A DNA stretch of 64,000 bases from Candidatus Moraniibacteriota bacterium (GCA_027008775.1 JALVDV010000010.1:32529-96528); one strand, 5' to 3'. Shown: positions 10,105 through 19,544, numbered from the stretch's first letter. Notes: generated by a model from the letters alone, not told the origin. Made by a program: numbers and translations.

Positions 10105-10133
10105 ATTCTAGTTTAATTCGCGGGAAAAGTCAA
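10105..10133 (-). promoter_or_regulatory. Sigma70-type promoter of rpsJ/S10 operon
   Basis: TTGACT-17 bp-TAGAAT. Confidence 0.7.
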
Positions 10134-10137
10134 GTTT

Positions 10138-10455
10138 TTACTTTTTACTGATCGCTTCTATTTTCACTTCTGTTATTGCTTGTTTGTGACCGAATTTTTT
10201 CAGCTGTCTCTTTTTGGGTTTATGTTTAACTCCAAACAGCTTTTTTCCTCTGGTTTGTCTTACCACTTCAGCGACAACTTCCACTTTCTCTACTTCCGGC
10301 TCGCCGATTAGTATGCCCTTCTCATCGGCAAAAAACAAAACCGGAAAGTTAACTTTTGCCCCCTCTGCTTCTTTAATTTTCTCCACCTTGATAACATCGC
10401 CTTCACTGACCTTGTATTGCTTGCCACCGGTTTTTATAATCGCAATATTTTTCAT
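10138..10455 (-). CDS. rplU: 50S ribosomal protein L21
   Basis: AIIKTGGKQYKVSEGD; start moved to MKNIAI at 10455. Confidence 0.96.
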   Translation of the reverse strand: MKNIAIIKTGGKQYKVSEGDVIKVEKIKEAEGAKVNFPVLFFADEKGILIGEPEVEKVEVVAEVVRQTRGKKLFGVKHKPKKRQLKKFGHKQAITEVKIEAISKK

Positions 10456-10540
10456 ATTTCTGTCTAGAATAATTTTCACTTACAGCTTCCAGACCGACAC
10501 TGAAACACAAACAGTGGCGATTTCCGAAAACGCTTTAACG

Positions 10541-10568
10541 AGTATAACAGAAAAATAATTGTTGTCAA
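10541..10568 (-). promoter_or_regulatory. Promoter of rplU
   Basis: TTGACA-16 bp-TATACT with TG extended -10. Confidence 0.6.
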
Positions 10569-10606
10569 GTTTTGATTGGGCAACAAAACTTGCTGAGTAG
10601 TTTTGT

Positions 10607-11140
10607 TTGAGGATGTTTCTCTTTATGCTCTCTTTTTGTTTGTTTCACATAATCATAAAGAAACTCTCACTCTTGAATTTCGAGGGATTAAATTCCGACA
10701 GCGTGATGAAAGCAGTTATGTATGTCGGAAATGTATTAGGGACGGTAACTATTCTCCTCTTTCTAACTATTCAAAAGAACAAAAATTTGTCTTTAAATTT
10801 AAAAGACAAAATTCTTCTTATAGGTGTCGTTTCGACCGTTCTTTTTTGGAGCGTAACCAGGAATGCCTTTGTGGCTAACATCCTAGTTCAAGTGTTGATG
10901 GCTATAGGGTACTTATTTTTCATCAACGCTATAGTCAAAACAAAAAAGAGATTAGACTCCTTTTTGTTTTGGTTGTTAGCTCTACTTACAACAGTATTGT
11001 CCCTTCCGTTAGTAGAAGGTAGTTTATTGGCGACCATCAACACTTGGCGTTCACTAGTCTGTATATCGTCAGTGTTGATAGTGATGGTGTATTATGAATT
11101 TTTTTGTAAAATAAAAAAAATGAGCAAAGGAGGAATGTAA
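10607..11140 (+). CDS. Hypothetical multi-pass membrane protein
   Basis: 177-aa ORF with about 6 hydrophobic segments; no family recognised. Confidence 0.7.
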   Translation: MRMFLFMLSFCLFHIIIKKLSLLNFEGLNSDSVMKAVMYVGNVLGTVTILLFLTIQKNKNLSLNLKDKILLIGVVSTVLFWSVTRNAFVANILVQVLMAIGYLFFINAIVKTKKRLDSFLFWLLALLTTVLSLPLVEGSLLATINTWRSLVCISSVLIVMVYYEFFCKIKKMSKGGM

Positions 11141-11142
11141 AA

Positions 11143-11424
11143 ATGGAAAATAATAAAAAAAGTTATTGGTTTGTAGTCTATATCATTGAACCGATGGTGG
11201 ACCCGTATTTTTTCTTGATGGGTGATACCAAAAAATTCCTAGAATTCCTGGTACAGAGGAATGTACGGAGTAGTTTTGTGGAGATTCAGGGAGATATCTT
11301 TTTACTTGAGAAAGTAAAAGGATATTTAAAAAAATTATATGGCAGTCGCAAAAAGATTACCATAATAAATTTTAAACGGGTTTCCGCTGGGTGCTTTCGG
11401 AAAAACAGCGGAAACAATCTATAA
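11143..11424 (+). CDS. Hypothetical protein
   Basis: 93-aa ORF, AGGAGG at 11128-11133, starts 2 nt after the upstream stop. Confidence 0.65.
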   Translation: MENNKKSYWFVVYIIEPMVDPYFFLMGDTKKFLEFLVQRNVRSSFVEIQGDIFLLEKVKGYLKKLYGSRKKITIINFKRVSAGCFRKNSGNNL

Positions 11425-11472
11425 ATGTCCCTACCCTTACGGACGGGGAACTTTCGCCGAATTAAAATCAAC

Positions 11473-11532
11473 AAGAGATTATTCCTGTTTTCATTTGAAA
11501 CTTCAATGAGAATCCGGGATGATCTCTTTTTT
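11473..11532 (+). terminator. Long hairpin plus T-tract after the orphan gene pair
   Basis: AAGAGATTATTCC...GGGATGATCTCTT followed by TTTT. Confidence 0.55.
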
Positions 11533-11770
11533 GTTTATTCTTAGTTTTTTTGTTTATTATTCTTGGTCGGAGCAGAATTGTTGTTTTGGAAAAGAAAAAA
11601 GAAAAATAGCGCGATTGTTGATAGATACTCCCGCCTTTATAGGCGAAGAATTCCCGCCGGATTAAAAATGCTTATTTAGATTGCTACCTTAATTGATAAT
11701 TATCCCACCAATTGTTGTCACTACCCATTTTTATTTTTGTTTAAGATTATCTACAAAGTTTTCATTGTTT

Positions 11771-11862
11771 ATTATGATATTATTGATAATATCATAATGC
11801 TCATCCCTGGTGCTACCAAGAATGCTATTATGCTATTATGGTATTATTTATAATATCATAAT
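11771..11862. repeat. Two copies of a 28-bp AT-rich palindrome separated by 36 bp
   Basis: ATTATGATATTATTGATAATATCATAAT at 11771-11798; ATTATGGTATTATTTATAATATCATAAT at 11835-11862. Confidence 0.85.
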
Positions 11863-12324
11863 GGGTGGAACATAGTGTTTCCGGAAATTTTTAGCAGATT
11901 TTATCTGTTCGATTTTATTTGGAACCCGTCAAACTTTTGTGCTTGCTGTTTTTTGCGTAGTGTTTACGGCCAGAGTTGTCGCGCAATGTATCTATTACCA
12001 AAATATCGTTGTTTGTTTCGGAGTTATTCTTTGCTTTTGGTAGCGCTAGTGATGGAATACTTAAATGCTCACAAGGGATGAGATACATCTTAGACACTTT
12101 AAAAAAGATATTTTTTCAATCAAAATAATGCACTACCCTGCAGTAAGCTGAAAGAATTCTTTTTGCTTAAAAAGTAAGCATATCACAAACGAATAAAAAC
12201 CAAAGAAGCAACGCACCATTTAATACGGTACGTGGTCAAAGATGGTGGAATGTAGTATACTGAAAGCAGTTTTGGAAATGCGGTTTTAGGGGGTGAAAAA
12301 TAAAAAATAATAGCTAAAAACAAT

Positions 12325-13443
12325 ATGTCTAAAAAAATTGTTTTGGCCGGTGGCGGCACCGGCGGGCATCTTTTTCCTTTGTTGGCAGTGGTTGAGTATA
12401 TTCGTAAAAAATACGGATCAGAGGCGGTTGATTTTCTTTATCTGGGTCCGAAAAGTAAGTTGGAAGAAAAATTGATGACTGATAACCAAATCAGACGCAA
12501 GAAGATTTTGGTCGGCAAATTGAGAAGGTATTTTTCTTTCAGCTACTTGACTGACTTTTTGAAATTACCCTTAGGCGTTCTGCAATCGTTATGGTATTTG
12601 TTCTTGGAAATGCCGGAGGCAGTTTTTGCCAAGGGTGGCTACGCCTCCGTGCCGGTGGTTCTGGTCGCTTGGTTATACAGGATTCCGATTGTTATCCACG
12701 AGTCCGACGCCAAACCCGGCTTGGCCAACAAGTTTTTAGGATCAATTGCCACTAAGGTAGCCATTTCTTTTGAGCGATCCAAAGTTTATTTTCCTCCCCA
12801 CAAAACTTTTTTAAGCGGAATTCCGGTTGATGAAAGAGTCTTGCACGGCGATGTCCGGGAAGCCAGAAAAATTTTAAATTTGGCAGAAGACGATCAACGG
12901 CCGGTTATTTTTATTTTGGGGGGATCGCAGGGGGCCAGATTGATCAATAAAAGAATTTTGGAAATGCTCCCGGCGCTGTTGCAAAAATACATTGTTATTC
13001 ACCAGACGGGCGAGCTTGATTTTGAGAAAGTGGTGGCCGAAGTTAAGGCAATGGGATTGCCGGTTAATCAAGACGGTTATTATCCACGCGCTTTTGTTGG
13101 TAAAGAAATAAAACATTTTTACGCTCTGGCCGACGTGGTAATCTCTCGTGCCGGAGCCACTACTATTGCGGAAATTTCCGCTAACAAGAAACCGTCCATT
13201 TTGGTGCCTATCACCCACAGCGCCAACAATCATCAGCGAATAAACGCTTTTGAGATGGCTCGGATGGGAGCGGCTTTGGTGCTGGAAGAAGATAATTTCC
13301 GCCAAAATTTAGTTTTGCAAAAAATAGAAGAGTTAATATTACCGGGGAAAATTCGGGAAAAAATTTTAGCCAACGTGGGCAAGTTTTATAATCCCCGCGC
13401 CAGTGAGATTATTGCCAAAAACTTAATGGAGCTGGCTAGTTAA
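12325..13443 (+). CDS. murG: Undecaprenyldiphospho-muramoylpentapeptide beta-N-acetylglucosaminyltransferase
   Basis: GGGTGGHLFP, KGGYASVP, HESD..PGLANK, GGSQGA, SRAGATT. Confidence 0.97.
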   Translation: MSKKIVLAGGGTGGHLFPLLAVVEYIRKKYGSEAVDFLYLGPKSKLEEKLMTDNQIRRKKILVGKLRRYFSFSYLTDFLKLPLGVLQSLWYLFLEMPEAVFAKGGYASVPVVLVAWLYRIPIVIHESDAKPGLANKFLGSIATKVAISFERSKVYFPPHKTFLSGIPVDERVLHGDVREARKILNLAEDDQRPVIFILGGSQGARLINKRILEMLPALLQKYIVIHQTGELDFEKVVAEVKAMGLPVNQDGYYPRAFVGKEIKHFYALADVVISRAGATTIAEISANKKPSILVPITHSANNHQRINAFEMARMGAALVLEEDNFRQNLVLQKIEELILPGKIREKILANVGKFYNPRASEIIAKNLMELAS

Positions 13444-13606
13444 AACAACTCTTGCTTCACTTTTTAGTTTCGCTTTTTGACGACTGCCCTCTTTTCTCTT
13501 TTTCTCAGGGTAAGGCCCTGATAGTTTTGCCGCAAGAGGGTTGGCTTCTGAAATGAGTGAAAGTTTTTTATTTAATTTAGATAAAGTATAATTCGGATTC
13601 AAAATT

Positions 13607-16300
13607 TTAATTACCGCGAAGCTCCTTTAACTCAAGTTTGAACACTTTTTTACCATCCGGCAAGTAGAGAGTTTTGCTTTGGGAGTTGAGAAATATCCGA
13701 TGATGATTATCAATCGGTTTAAGAAACTCGGCGGAATAGGTTTTTTGGATTTTGTCATCTTTATTAAGTTCTAGAATTTTTTTGGCTTGATTGCTGAATA
13801 AGAAATAATTTTCGCTTTTTTTGTCAGTCGGCAGATAAACAATATCTTTGAAATTTAAAGTAGCGCTTTTGCTTAACTTGCCCCGAAAGTAAGTTTCAAC
13901 CGTTCCATTGTCGTATATTATTTTAATATTCTCGTCAACCAACATGCCAGCTATTCCATTTCGGTTTGAAAGAGGATTTTTCAGCCAGAGTTTGGCCGGA
14001 CCAAAACCTCCGGTTGCTCGAGGATAACGATAGATTTGGCCGTCTTGGCCGTTCAGTAAATAAAGATAGTCCAGATATGTCCCTTCGGCCAGGAGTTTAA
14101 AATCTTTAGGCAGATTTATTTTATTCTGGAAAAATTCTTTGGTGACCGGACTGTAGGAAATAACTTGAGAATCGGAAATAAGAAAAAACAAATTCAAAGG
14201 TTCGCTGTAGGCCAAACCCTTTAAGTCGGAAGAAATAGCTTCACTGGCCGAAGGGATAGCTTGGCTGTTTTTTTGGTAACCAATACTTTCCAACAGTTCT
14301 CCGCTGTCTGTGTAGATTATCATTTCTTTGTCGTTGCCAAACAACAAGCTTACCGGGGCAGAGAGTTCTGCGAATAGCCCTATTTCCGGGCGATTTTTAT
14401 AGTCACTAGAAATAGTGTTTTCTTGTGCGGGGCTTTTTTGATCGTCTGCTATTTTTTTCGGAGACGAAGATCGGTCAGAAAAAATCTTGGAGAAAAAAAG
14501 AGGAACACCAACCAAAATGAAAATTAAAAACAGGAAATTAAATAATTTGGAAAGAGTGATATTTTTAATTCTAGTGTTTTGCAAGAACAATTTTAATTGA
14601 TGTAGCTTGTAAACAAGAATTTTTTTTAGGTTATTTGGGTTTTTAAAAGCGACTAATTGTTTGCTTGAGAGATGGGGAGTAGGAAATCTTTTATTTTTGC
14701 GGTACCATTGAGTGAATTTTCTAGGAATAGTTAGAGATAGAACAAGCATTGTAAAAACTTTTTTGGCACTTCTTCCAAGTGAAAATTGACTAATTTTTTG
14801 AGAAACATTGCGCTTCCAGTTTGTTAAAAATTTTTTATTTATTTTCTGTTTTTTACCTAATGGGTAGGATTCGCCTTTTTCCTTTATTAAATTTTTGGTT
14901 GGTTGGAAAAATTTTTTGAGCTGAGGTAGGGGTAATTTCTTGCTCCTCTTCTTGATTTCCAAATCGTCCTCCCTGATAAAAATTTCCGGATTTTGTTCAA
15001 AAGGAGAAAAGTCGTCTTGTTTTTTTGGAGGTTTGCTTTTAATGACATCAAAATTTTTTATTTTTGATTTTTTCTTCAGCTTACTCGTCTTCTCCTTCGC
15101 TTCTTCTAAGGGAGACTTGGTGGCGAAGTCAGCTTTTATTTTTTCTTTTCCAGGAGAAGAAGTTGCGCTTTTATTTGTTTGGCTTGGTGACTGAGCAGAA
15201 GAACTGTCTTTTGCAATTTTCTCTACCTTGGTTTCTTTAATATGAATAGTGTCCGTTGTCTCTGAATATTTCTTAGTTGATAGTTTGACTTCTTTATCTT
15301 TATTTTTATCTTTATTTTTATCATCCTTGTCAACTGCCCGGCTGAGAGTAGCCGCTTTTTTCTCCGAAGAAGAAAATCCGCTGCCAGAAACAGGGCGCTC
15401 CGGTATTTCTTCCTTTCCCTGTGGTCCGGCGACCGCTCCACTGCTTTTGTCGCTTACGATTGAAACGGATTCCTTTTTCTCTTTCTTCGGAACAGGGGAC
15501 GCAATGTTTCCTCCCAAAAAATTAGTGCTGGCGATAATTTCGTCGGCGGTTTTAATACCGGTTTTTTTAAGCGGTTTTTTCTTTTCTTTTCTGACTCTGA
15601 TAAGCAAAGTGGAAATGTTTTCTCCTTCTTTCTTGATGGTTTTTTGAAAAATTTCAATAAACTCTTTAACAGTAAAGGTTTTATAAAGTCGTTTCAAATC
15701 ACTCAGAGTAAAAATTTTACCGATTGTCGGACTACTCACCAACAATAAGTCATTATTTTTTAATTCCCCTTCCAAAATGTTGTTAAAAGTTTTAATTGGA
15801 TGCTTAGATGGTGGTCCAATTTGTTCCGAAAGAAGTGTTAAATTTTTTCTGCGTCCTAAGAGTAAAACTCCCTGCCCAACCTGAGTAAAATAGAGTTTGT
15901 TGCCATGGATAACTCCCACGATGGCGTGGAGATGGTTTATCCATTCCACGATGTCGTGCTCGGCCAAATCCGCTAAAGCCAAATTGGCTTTTTTGAGGGC
16001 GTACTCAAAATTTTCTCCCACTTCTTTGTGTTTGTGAGAATAAAATGATTTCTTAATAACAGCGGTCAATAAATTAGGGAGATACTCGGAATTTTGGGAA
16101 TGATCCAAAACTTGTATCACACCAAAAAGAACCCCCATTTGTTGATGAAAAAAATCATCCGACTGACATTCAAAGCTGTTGCTAAAAACCGCCAGTTTTT
16201 CATCGGTAAAAACTTTTGTTTCTTTTGTTTTTATTTTCAATTTTTCCGTAAGTTGTTCAGACATTGTTTCTTTTTTCTGATAGAAAGTTAATTTTTTCAA
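13607..16300 (-). CDS. Large membrane-anchored hypothetical protein (PP2C-like N-domain, low-complexity linker, TM, probable beta-propeller C-domain)
   Basis: N-terminal LYFTQVGQG/GELKNNDLLLVSS resemble a PP2C/SpoIIE-type fold; one strong TM (LFLIFILVGVPLFF); C-terminal YLDYLYLL..QIYRY beta-rich repeats. Confidence 0.75.
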   Translation of the reverse strand: MKKLTFYQKKETMSEQLTEKLKIKTKETKVFTDEKLAVFSNSFECQSDDFFHQQMGVLFGVIQVLDHSQNSEYLPNLLTAVIKKSFYSHKHKEVGENFEYALKKANLALADLAEHDIVEWINHLHAIVGVIHGNKLYFTQVGQGVLLLGRRKNLTLLSEQIGPPSKHPIKTFNNILEGELKNNDLLLVSSPTIGKIFTLSDLKRLYKTFTVKEFIEIFQKTIKKEGENISTLLIRVRKEKKKPLKKTGIKTADEIIASTNFLGGNIASPVPKKEKKESVSIVSDKSSGAVAGPQGKEEIPERPVSGSGFSSSEKKAATLSRAVDKDDKNKDKNKDKEVKLSTKKYSETTDTIHIKETKVEKIAKDSSSAQSPSQTNKSATSSPGKEKIKADFATKSPLEEAKEKTSKLKKKSKIKNFDVIKSKPPKKQDDFSPFEQNPEIFIREDDLEIKKRSKKLPLPQLKKFFQPTKNLIKEKGESYPLGKKQKINKKFLTNWKRNVSQKISQFSLGRSAKKVFTMLVLSLTIPRKFTQWYRKNKRFPTPHLSSKQLVAFKNPNNLKKILVYKLHQLKLFLQNTRIKNITLSKLFNFLFLIFILVGVPLFFSKIFSDRSSSPKKIADDQKSPAQENTISSDYKNRPEIGLFAELSAPVSLLFGNDKEMIIYTDSGELLESIGYQKNSQAIPSASEAISSDLKGLAYSEPLNLFFLISDSQVISYSPVTKEFFQNKINLPKDFKLLAEGTYLDYLYLLNGQDGQIYRYPRATGGFGPAKLWLKNPLSNRNGIAGMLVDENIKIIYDNGTVETYFRGKLSKSATLNFKDIVYLPTDKKSENYFLFSNQAKKILELNKDDKIQKTYSAEFLKPIDNHHRIFLNSQSKTLYLPDGKKVFKLELKELRGN

Positions 16301-16342
16301 AGAAGTCGCTTTTCGGAAGCAAAAAGCGCCCGCGCAAACTAT

Positions 16343-17407
16343 CTACCGCTTGGCGGAAGTGGACAAAATCTCTGACAAAATTTTGTCCAGTGTCTTATAT
16401 AGTTTATCATTATTTTTTATTTTGGGGTAGTGTTTGAGATTTTGGCGATAGTCGGGTAACTTTGCCAGAAATTTTTTCACACTCTCTGAACTTAGTTGTT
16501 CTTGATAATCGCCAAAACCGAGTTTTTTGAGATAGTGGGCATTAACCAACTGTTCTATTCTGCCGGCCACCGGTAGAGCCAAATATGGTTTTTCCAGTTG
16601 CAGGGCCTCTGAGATAAGAGTCATTCCGGCGCTGGCAATAACCGCTCGGGCGGAAATCAAATCTTGTAAAAATTTTTCTTGGTCGTTTTTTCGGAACAAA
16701 CAATTGTCCATTTTCCGGGAATGGTTGTGTCCATAAATGATAAATTGGCCGGGGACGCTTCGCAAAATTTTGACAATATCGGCGCTGTGGGTAGTGTCGT
16801 AAACCAAGATATGTTCTCCCGTTTGGGGAATGGCTTGAAGAATTTCCGGTCTTAAAACAGGCGGAACCAAATAAGTTTTTGGCTTGGTGACTTTAAATTT
16901 GAAAAAGGTGATTATGATGTAAGCTTCTGCTCTGGGGGCAATAGTGGAAACCCCTATTTTGTTTAGTAAATAATTGGCTAACCACTTGTTTTTAATTTCC
17001 AGTTTGCCTCTGTTGATGCGATGTTGGTTATCTATGGAGATCAGCGGAATTTTGTAGAGAGTGGCAAATAAAGATGACCAGGGCTCCAGGTCAGTAATTA
17101 CCAAGTCAGGTTTAAATTTCTTGATTAGTTTTTTAACGCGAAAAAAACTGTTTTTGGCTTGTCGGGTTCTTTTTAAATTTACCAGGACCGTTCTCCAGTA
17201 GCTGGTTTTTCCTTCTTTGTGTCCGAAGCGTAAGCCAAAAACTTTGATTGTTTTAATGTCCGGATGCCGGGAAAGTTCCTGATAGCCTTTGTAATAGGTA
17301 ATGACTTTCACTTTGTGTCCCCGCTCTTGCAAATATCTAATCACCACTTCCGCTCTGGTGGCGTGTCCAAAGCCCTCGCCGGCTACTCCGAATAAAATTT
17401 TAGCCAT
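16343..17407 (-). CDS. GT-B glycosyltransferase, MJ1255/VC2487-like family
   Basis: GVAGEGFGHATR, PDLVITDLEP, ISIDNQH, SAGMTLISEAL, EQLVNA. Confidence 0.88.
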   Translation of the reverse strand: MAKILFGVAGEGFGHATRAEVVIRYLQERGHKVKVITYYKGYQELSRHPDIKTIKVFGLRFGHKEGKTSYWRTVLVNLKRTRQAKNSFFRVKKLIKKFKPDLVITDLEPWSSLFATLYKIPLISIDNQHRINRGKLEIKNKWLANYLLNKIGVSTIAPRAEAYIIITFFKFKVTKPKTYLVPPVLRPEILQAIPQTGEHILVYDTTHSADIVKILRSVPGQFIIYGHNHSRKMDNCLFRKNDQEKFLQDLISARAVIASAGMTLISEALQLEKPYLALPVAGRIEQLVNAHYLKKLGFGDYQEQLSSESVKKFLAKLPDYRQNLKHYPKIKNNDKLYKTLDKILSEILSTSAKR

Positions 17408-17993
17408 TGTTTTGTTTGAAAATTTTAGACGTCTGCCATTTTTTCAGAACTATTACAGTGAAAAAAGCCAGAGTGACCAGACCGAAAATCAACAAACCGG
17501 ATTTTTCAATGTAGTCGTTAAAACGTTCGTAGAGATTGCCGTAAAAATAACCAACGGCCACCAAGAAACCGCTCCAAATTAGACCGCCCAAGAAAGAAAA
17601 GAAAAGAAATTTTCTCAAAGACATCTTGGTCATGCCGGCGGTGATAAAAGTTAAGTAGCAAAGGCCGGTGGAAATTTTAACAAAGAATATCAACTTACCT
17701 CCGTGACGATGAAAAAATTTTTTTACTTTTTCCTGTTTAGCGTGTAGTCCGGGATGGCGCTGTAAAAATTGTCCGATTGGTTTGTGAGCAAAAAAACCGA
17801 AACTGTAAAGAATCAGATCCATTGTAAGATCACCGGCCACTGATATCAACCAAACAATAAACCAATTCATCACGCCCAAGGCCGACAAACTGCCGGCAAT
17901 CAAAGTCGTCAAAGGTCCTTCAATAATAACCAGAAAGTACAAAAGCCAGTAGCCATGATTTTTGATAAATTCCAAATAGGCGCCATTTTCCAT
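17400..17993 (-). CDS. DedA family membrane protein
   Basis: HGYWLLY..IIEGP, GDL..D..LY, GGLIWS..LVAVGYFYG. Confidence 0.88.
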   Translation of the reverse strand: MENGAYLEFIKNHGYWLLYFLVIIEGPLTTLIAGSLSALGVMNWFIVWLISVAGDLTMDLILYSFGFFAHKPIGQFLQRHPGLHAKQEKVKKFFHRHGGKLIFFVKISTGLCYLTFITAGMTKMSLRKFLFFSFLGGLIWSGFLVAVGYFYGNLYERFNDYIEKSGLLIFGLVTLAFFTVIVLKKWQTSKIFKQNNG

Positions 17994-18064
17994 TTGGCCG
18001 AGTTAAGAAATTAGGAATCAGACAAATTAAGTTTAGCACAAAAAAATATACCTTTAAAGAAAAT

Positions 18065-18092
18065 TTGACAAAAGTCAATTTGGATTTATAAT
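18065..18092 (+). promoter_or_regulatory. Promoter upstream of the small Zn-ribbon gene
   Basis: TTGACA-16 bp-TATAAT. Confidence 0.55.
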
Positions 18093-18305
18093 GAGTAGTG
18101 GTCATAATTTTCTTTTGCAAACGACAGTGAAAAAACAAACCGCCAATTTTTATAGTTTCTTTTGGTTTTGGACCTTTCTTGATTCGGTCGGTTTGTTTTT
18201 GCGGAAAAAATAAAAATTTTCAATAAAAACAAGCCGAGCGAAACGTTCGGCTTGTTCTTTTGTTGAAGAAAGCATTGAAAAAGAATAGAAAGGAGGAGTT
18301 TTCTA

Positions 18306-18485
18306 ATGCTAAAAAATAAAAAAGAAGGAAAAAATGATTTTAGTAGGAGCTTAAGATGTGGCAAGTGCGGGCAACCGCTCCGGCAGGAGGCCGGGGTAGT
18401 ATGGATATGTCCAAGATGTGGACAGCGTTGCGCTATTGACCGGACAGGTCAAGTATTTTCATACCCCCCTTCTCCTCCTAAATAG
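18306..18485 (+). CDS. Small zinc-ribbon protein (59 aa, not in the ORF track)
   Basis: MLKNKKEGKNDFSRSLRCGKCGQPLRQEAGVVWICPRCGQRCAIDRTGQVFSYPPSPPK; CxxC-13-CxxC; AGGAGG at 18291-18296. Confidence 0.7.
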   Translation: MLKNKKEGKNDFSRSLRCGKCGQPLRQEAGVVWICPRCGQRCAIDRTGQVFSYPPSPPK

Positions 18486-18573
18486 AACCATTCTCGGGCA
18501 GAGCCATTACAAACGGTTTTGCCCTTTTTTAAATTATCGGTCTTTCATCCAATTTATGATTAAAGCAACAAAC

Positions 18574-18600
18574 AAAAAACGCCTTGTCGGCGTTTTTTTT
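18574..18600. terminator. Bidirectional intrinsic terminator after rpsI
   Basis: AAAAAACGCC-TTGTC-GGCGTTTTTTTT. Confidence 0.75.
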
Positions 18601-18621
18601 GATATTGATTTTGAAATTTGT

Positions 18622-19032
18622 CTAACGCTTGCTCCACTGAGGCGCTCGGCGAGCTTTTTTCAAACCGGGCTTCTTTCTTTCTTTGGCGCGAGGATCACGC
18701 TTGAGATAATCCAAATCTCTCAAAGTCTCTTGCAGTTCACCGTCAAACTTGACCAAAGCACGCGCCAGTCCCAGACGAACAGCTTCCGCTTGACCTCGCT
18801 GTCCGCCACCCTTAACTTTTACACTAACATCAAATTTTCCTTCCAGAGAAGTCGCTTTTAGAGGAGAAACAACTATTTCTCTTAATTCTTGAGTGAAAAA
18901 GTATTCCTCCGGTCGGCGTTCATTTATTAAAAATTCCTGTTCTTTTTTATTACTTTCTTTAATACGTACTCTGGCAACGGCTGATTTGCGTCGCCCCAAG
19001 CCTTCATAATATTGTTCTTTCTTCTTGCTCAT
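18622..19032 (-). CDS. rpsI: 30S ribosomal protein S9
   Basis: GRRKSAVARV, GGGQRGQAEA, RDPR.KERKKPGLKKARRAPQWSKR. Confidence 0.98.
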   Translation of the reverse strand: MSKKKEQYYEGLGRRKSAVARVRIKESNKKEQEFLINERRPEEYFFTQELREIVVSPLKATSLEGKFDVSVKVKGGGQRGQAEAVRLGLARALVKFDGELQETLRDLDYLKRDPRAKERKKPGLKKARRAPQWSKR

Positions 19033-19055
19033 AGAAATCTGCTTTTTTAACTATT

Positions 19056-19520
19056 TTAATTATTTCTCGCTTTTTCCTCTTTTTTGTTGGCTTTCTCGTT
19101 TGTATTACCGGTATATCTTTCAAAATCATGCTTTTCTCCTTTGAACACCCTCAATCTTTTAAGCGCCTCTCGGGAAAGTTTATTCTTGGGCAACATCCCT
19201 TTGACGGCCAATTTTATTACCTGAGGAGAATCTTTTTTGATAAAATCTTTGAAGGTGATGGAACTTATTCCTCCCGGATAACCGGAGTGTTTCCAGTAAA
19301 CTTTTTTACCGGTTTTATTGGCCGACAATTTGACATAATCGGAATTGATAACAATCACCCAATCACGACCACCGACATTCGGCTGATAATCAACTTTGTT
19401 TTTCCCGGAAAGCACTTTGGCTATTTCCGTAGCCAATCTGCCCAAAATTTTTCCTTTGGCATCAAAAACAACAAATTCGGGATGTTTTTTCTTTGCTTTT
19501 TCCTGTTTACGTTTATTCAT
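19056..19520 (-). CDS. rplM: 50S ribosomal protein L13
   Basis: DAKGKILGRLA, HSGYPGG, AVKGMLPKN. Confidence 0.98.
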   Translation of the reverse strand: MNKRKQEKAKKKHPEFVVFDAKGKILGRLATEIAKVLSGKNKVDYQPNVGGRDWVIVINSDYVKLSANKTGKKVYWKHSGYPGGISSITFKDFIKKDSPQVIKLAVKGMLPKNKLSREALKRLRVFKGEKHDFERYTGNTNEKANKKEEKARNN

Positions 19521-19544
19521 TGACCTGCTCTCTAATGTTTATTG

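Noticed and set aside
11771-11862. Repeat-36 bp-repeat read as a mini CRISPR array
   Set aside because: Only two units, the repeat is a fully symmetric AT palindrome without a GAAA(C/G)-type end, solitary copies occur elsewhere, and no cas genes are present.
15293-15322. 12-bp tandem repeat encoding DKNKDKNKDK as a contingency locus
   Set aside because: About 2.5 in-frame units in a low-complexity linker; a change in copy number would not shift the frame.
18418-18861. 147-aa plus-strand ORF
   Set aside because: It crosses a terminator and overlaps rpsI antisense; the 59-aa SD-led ORF explains the region better.
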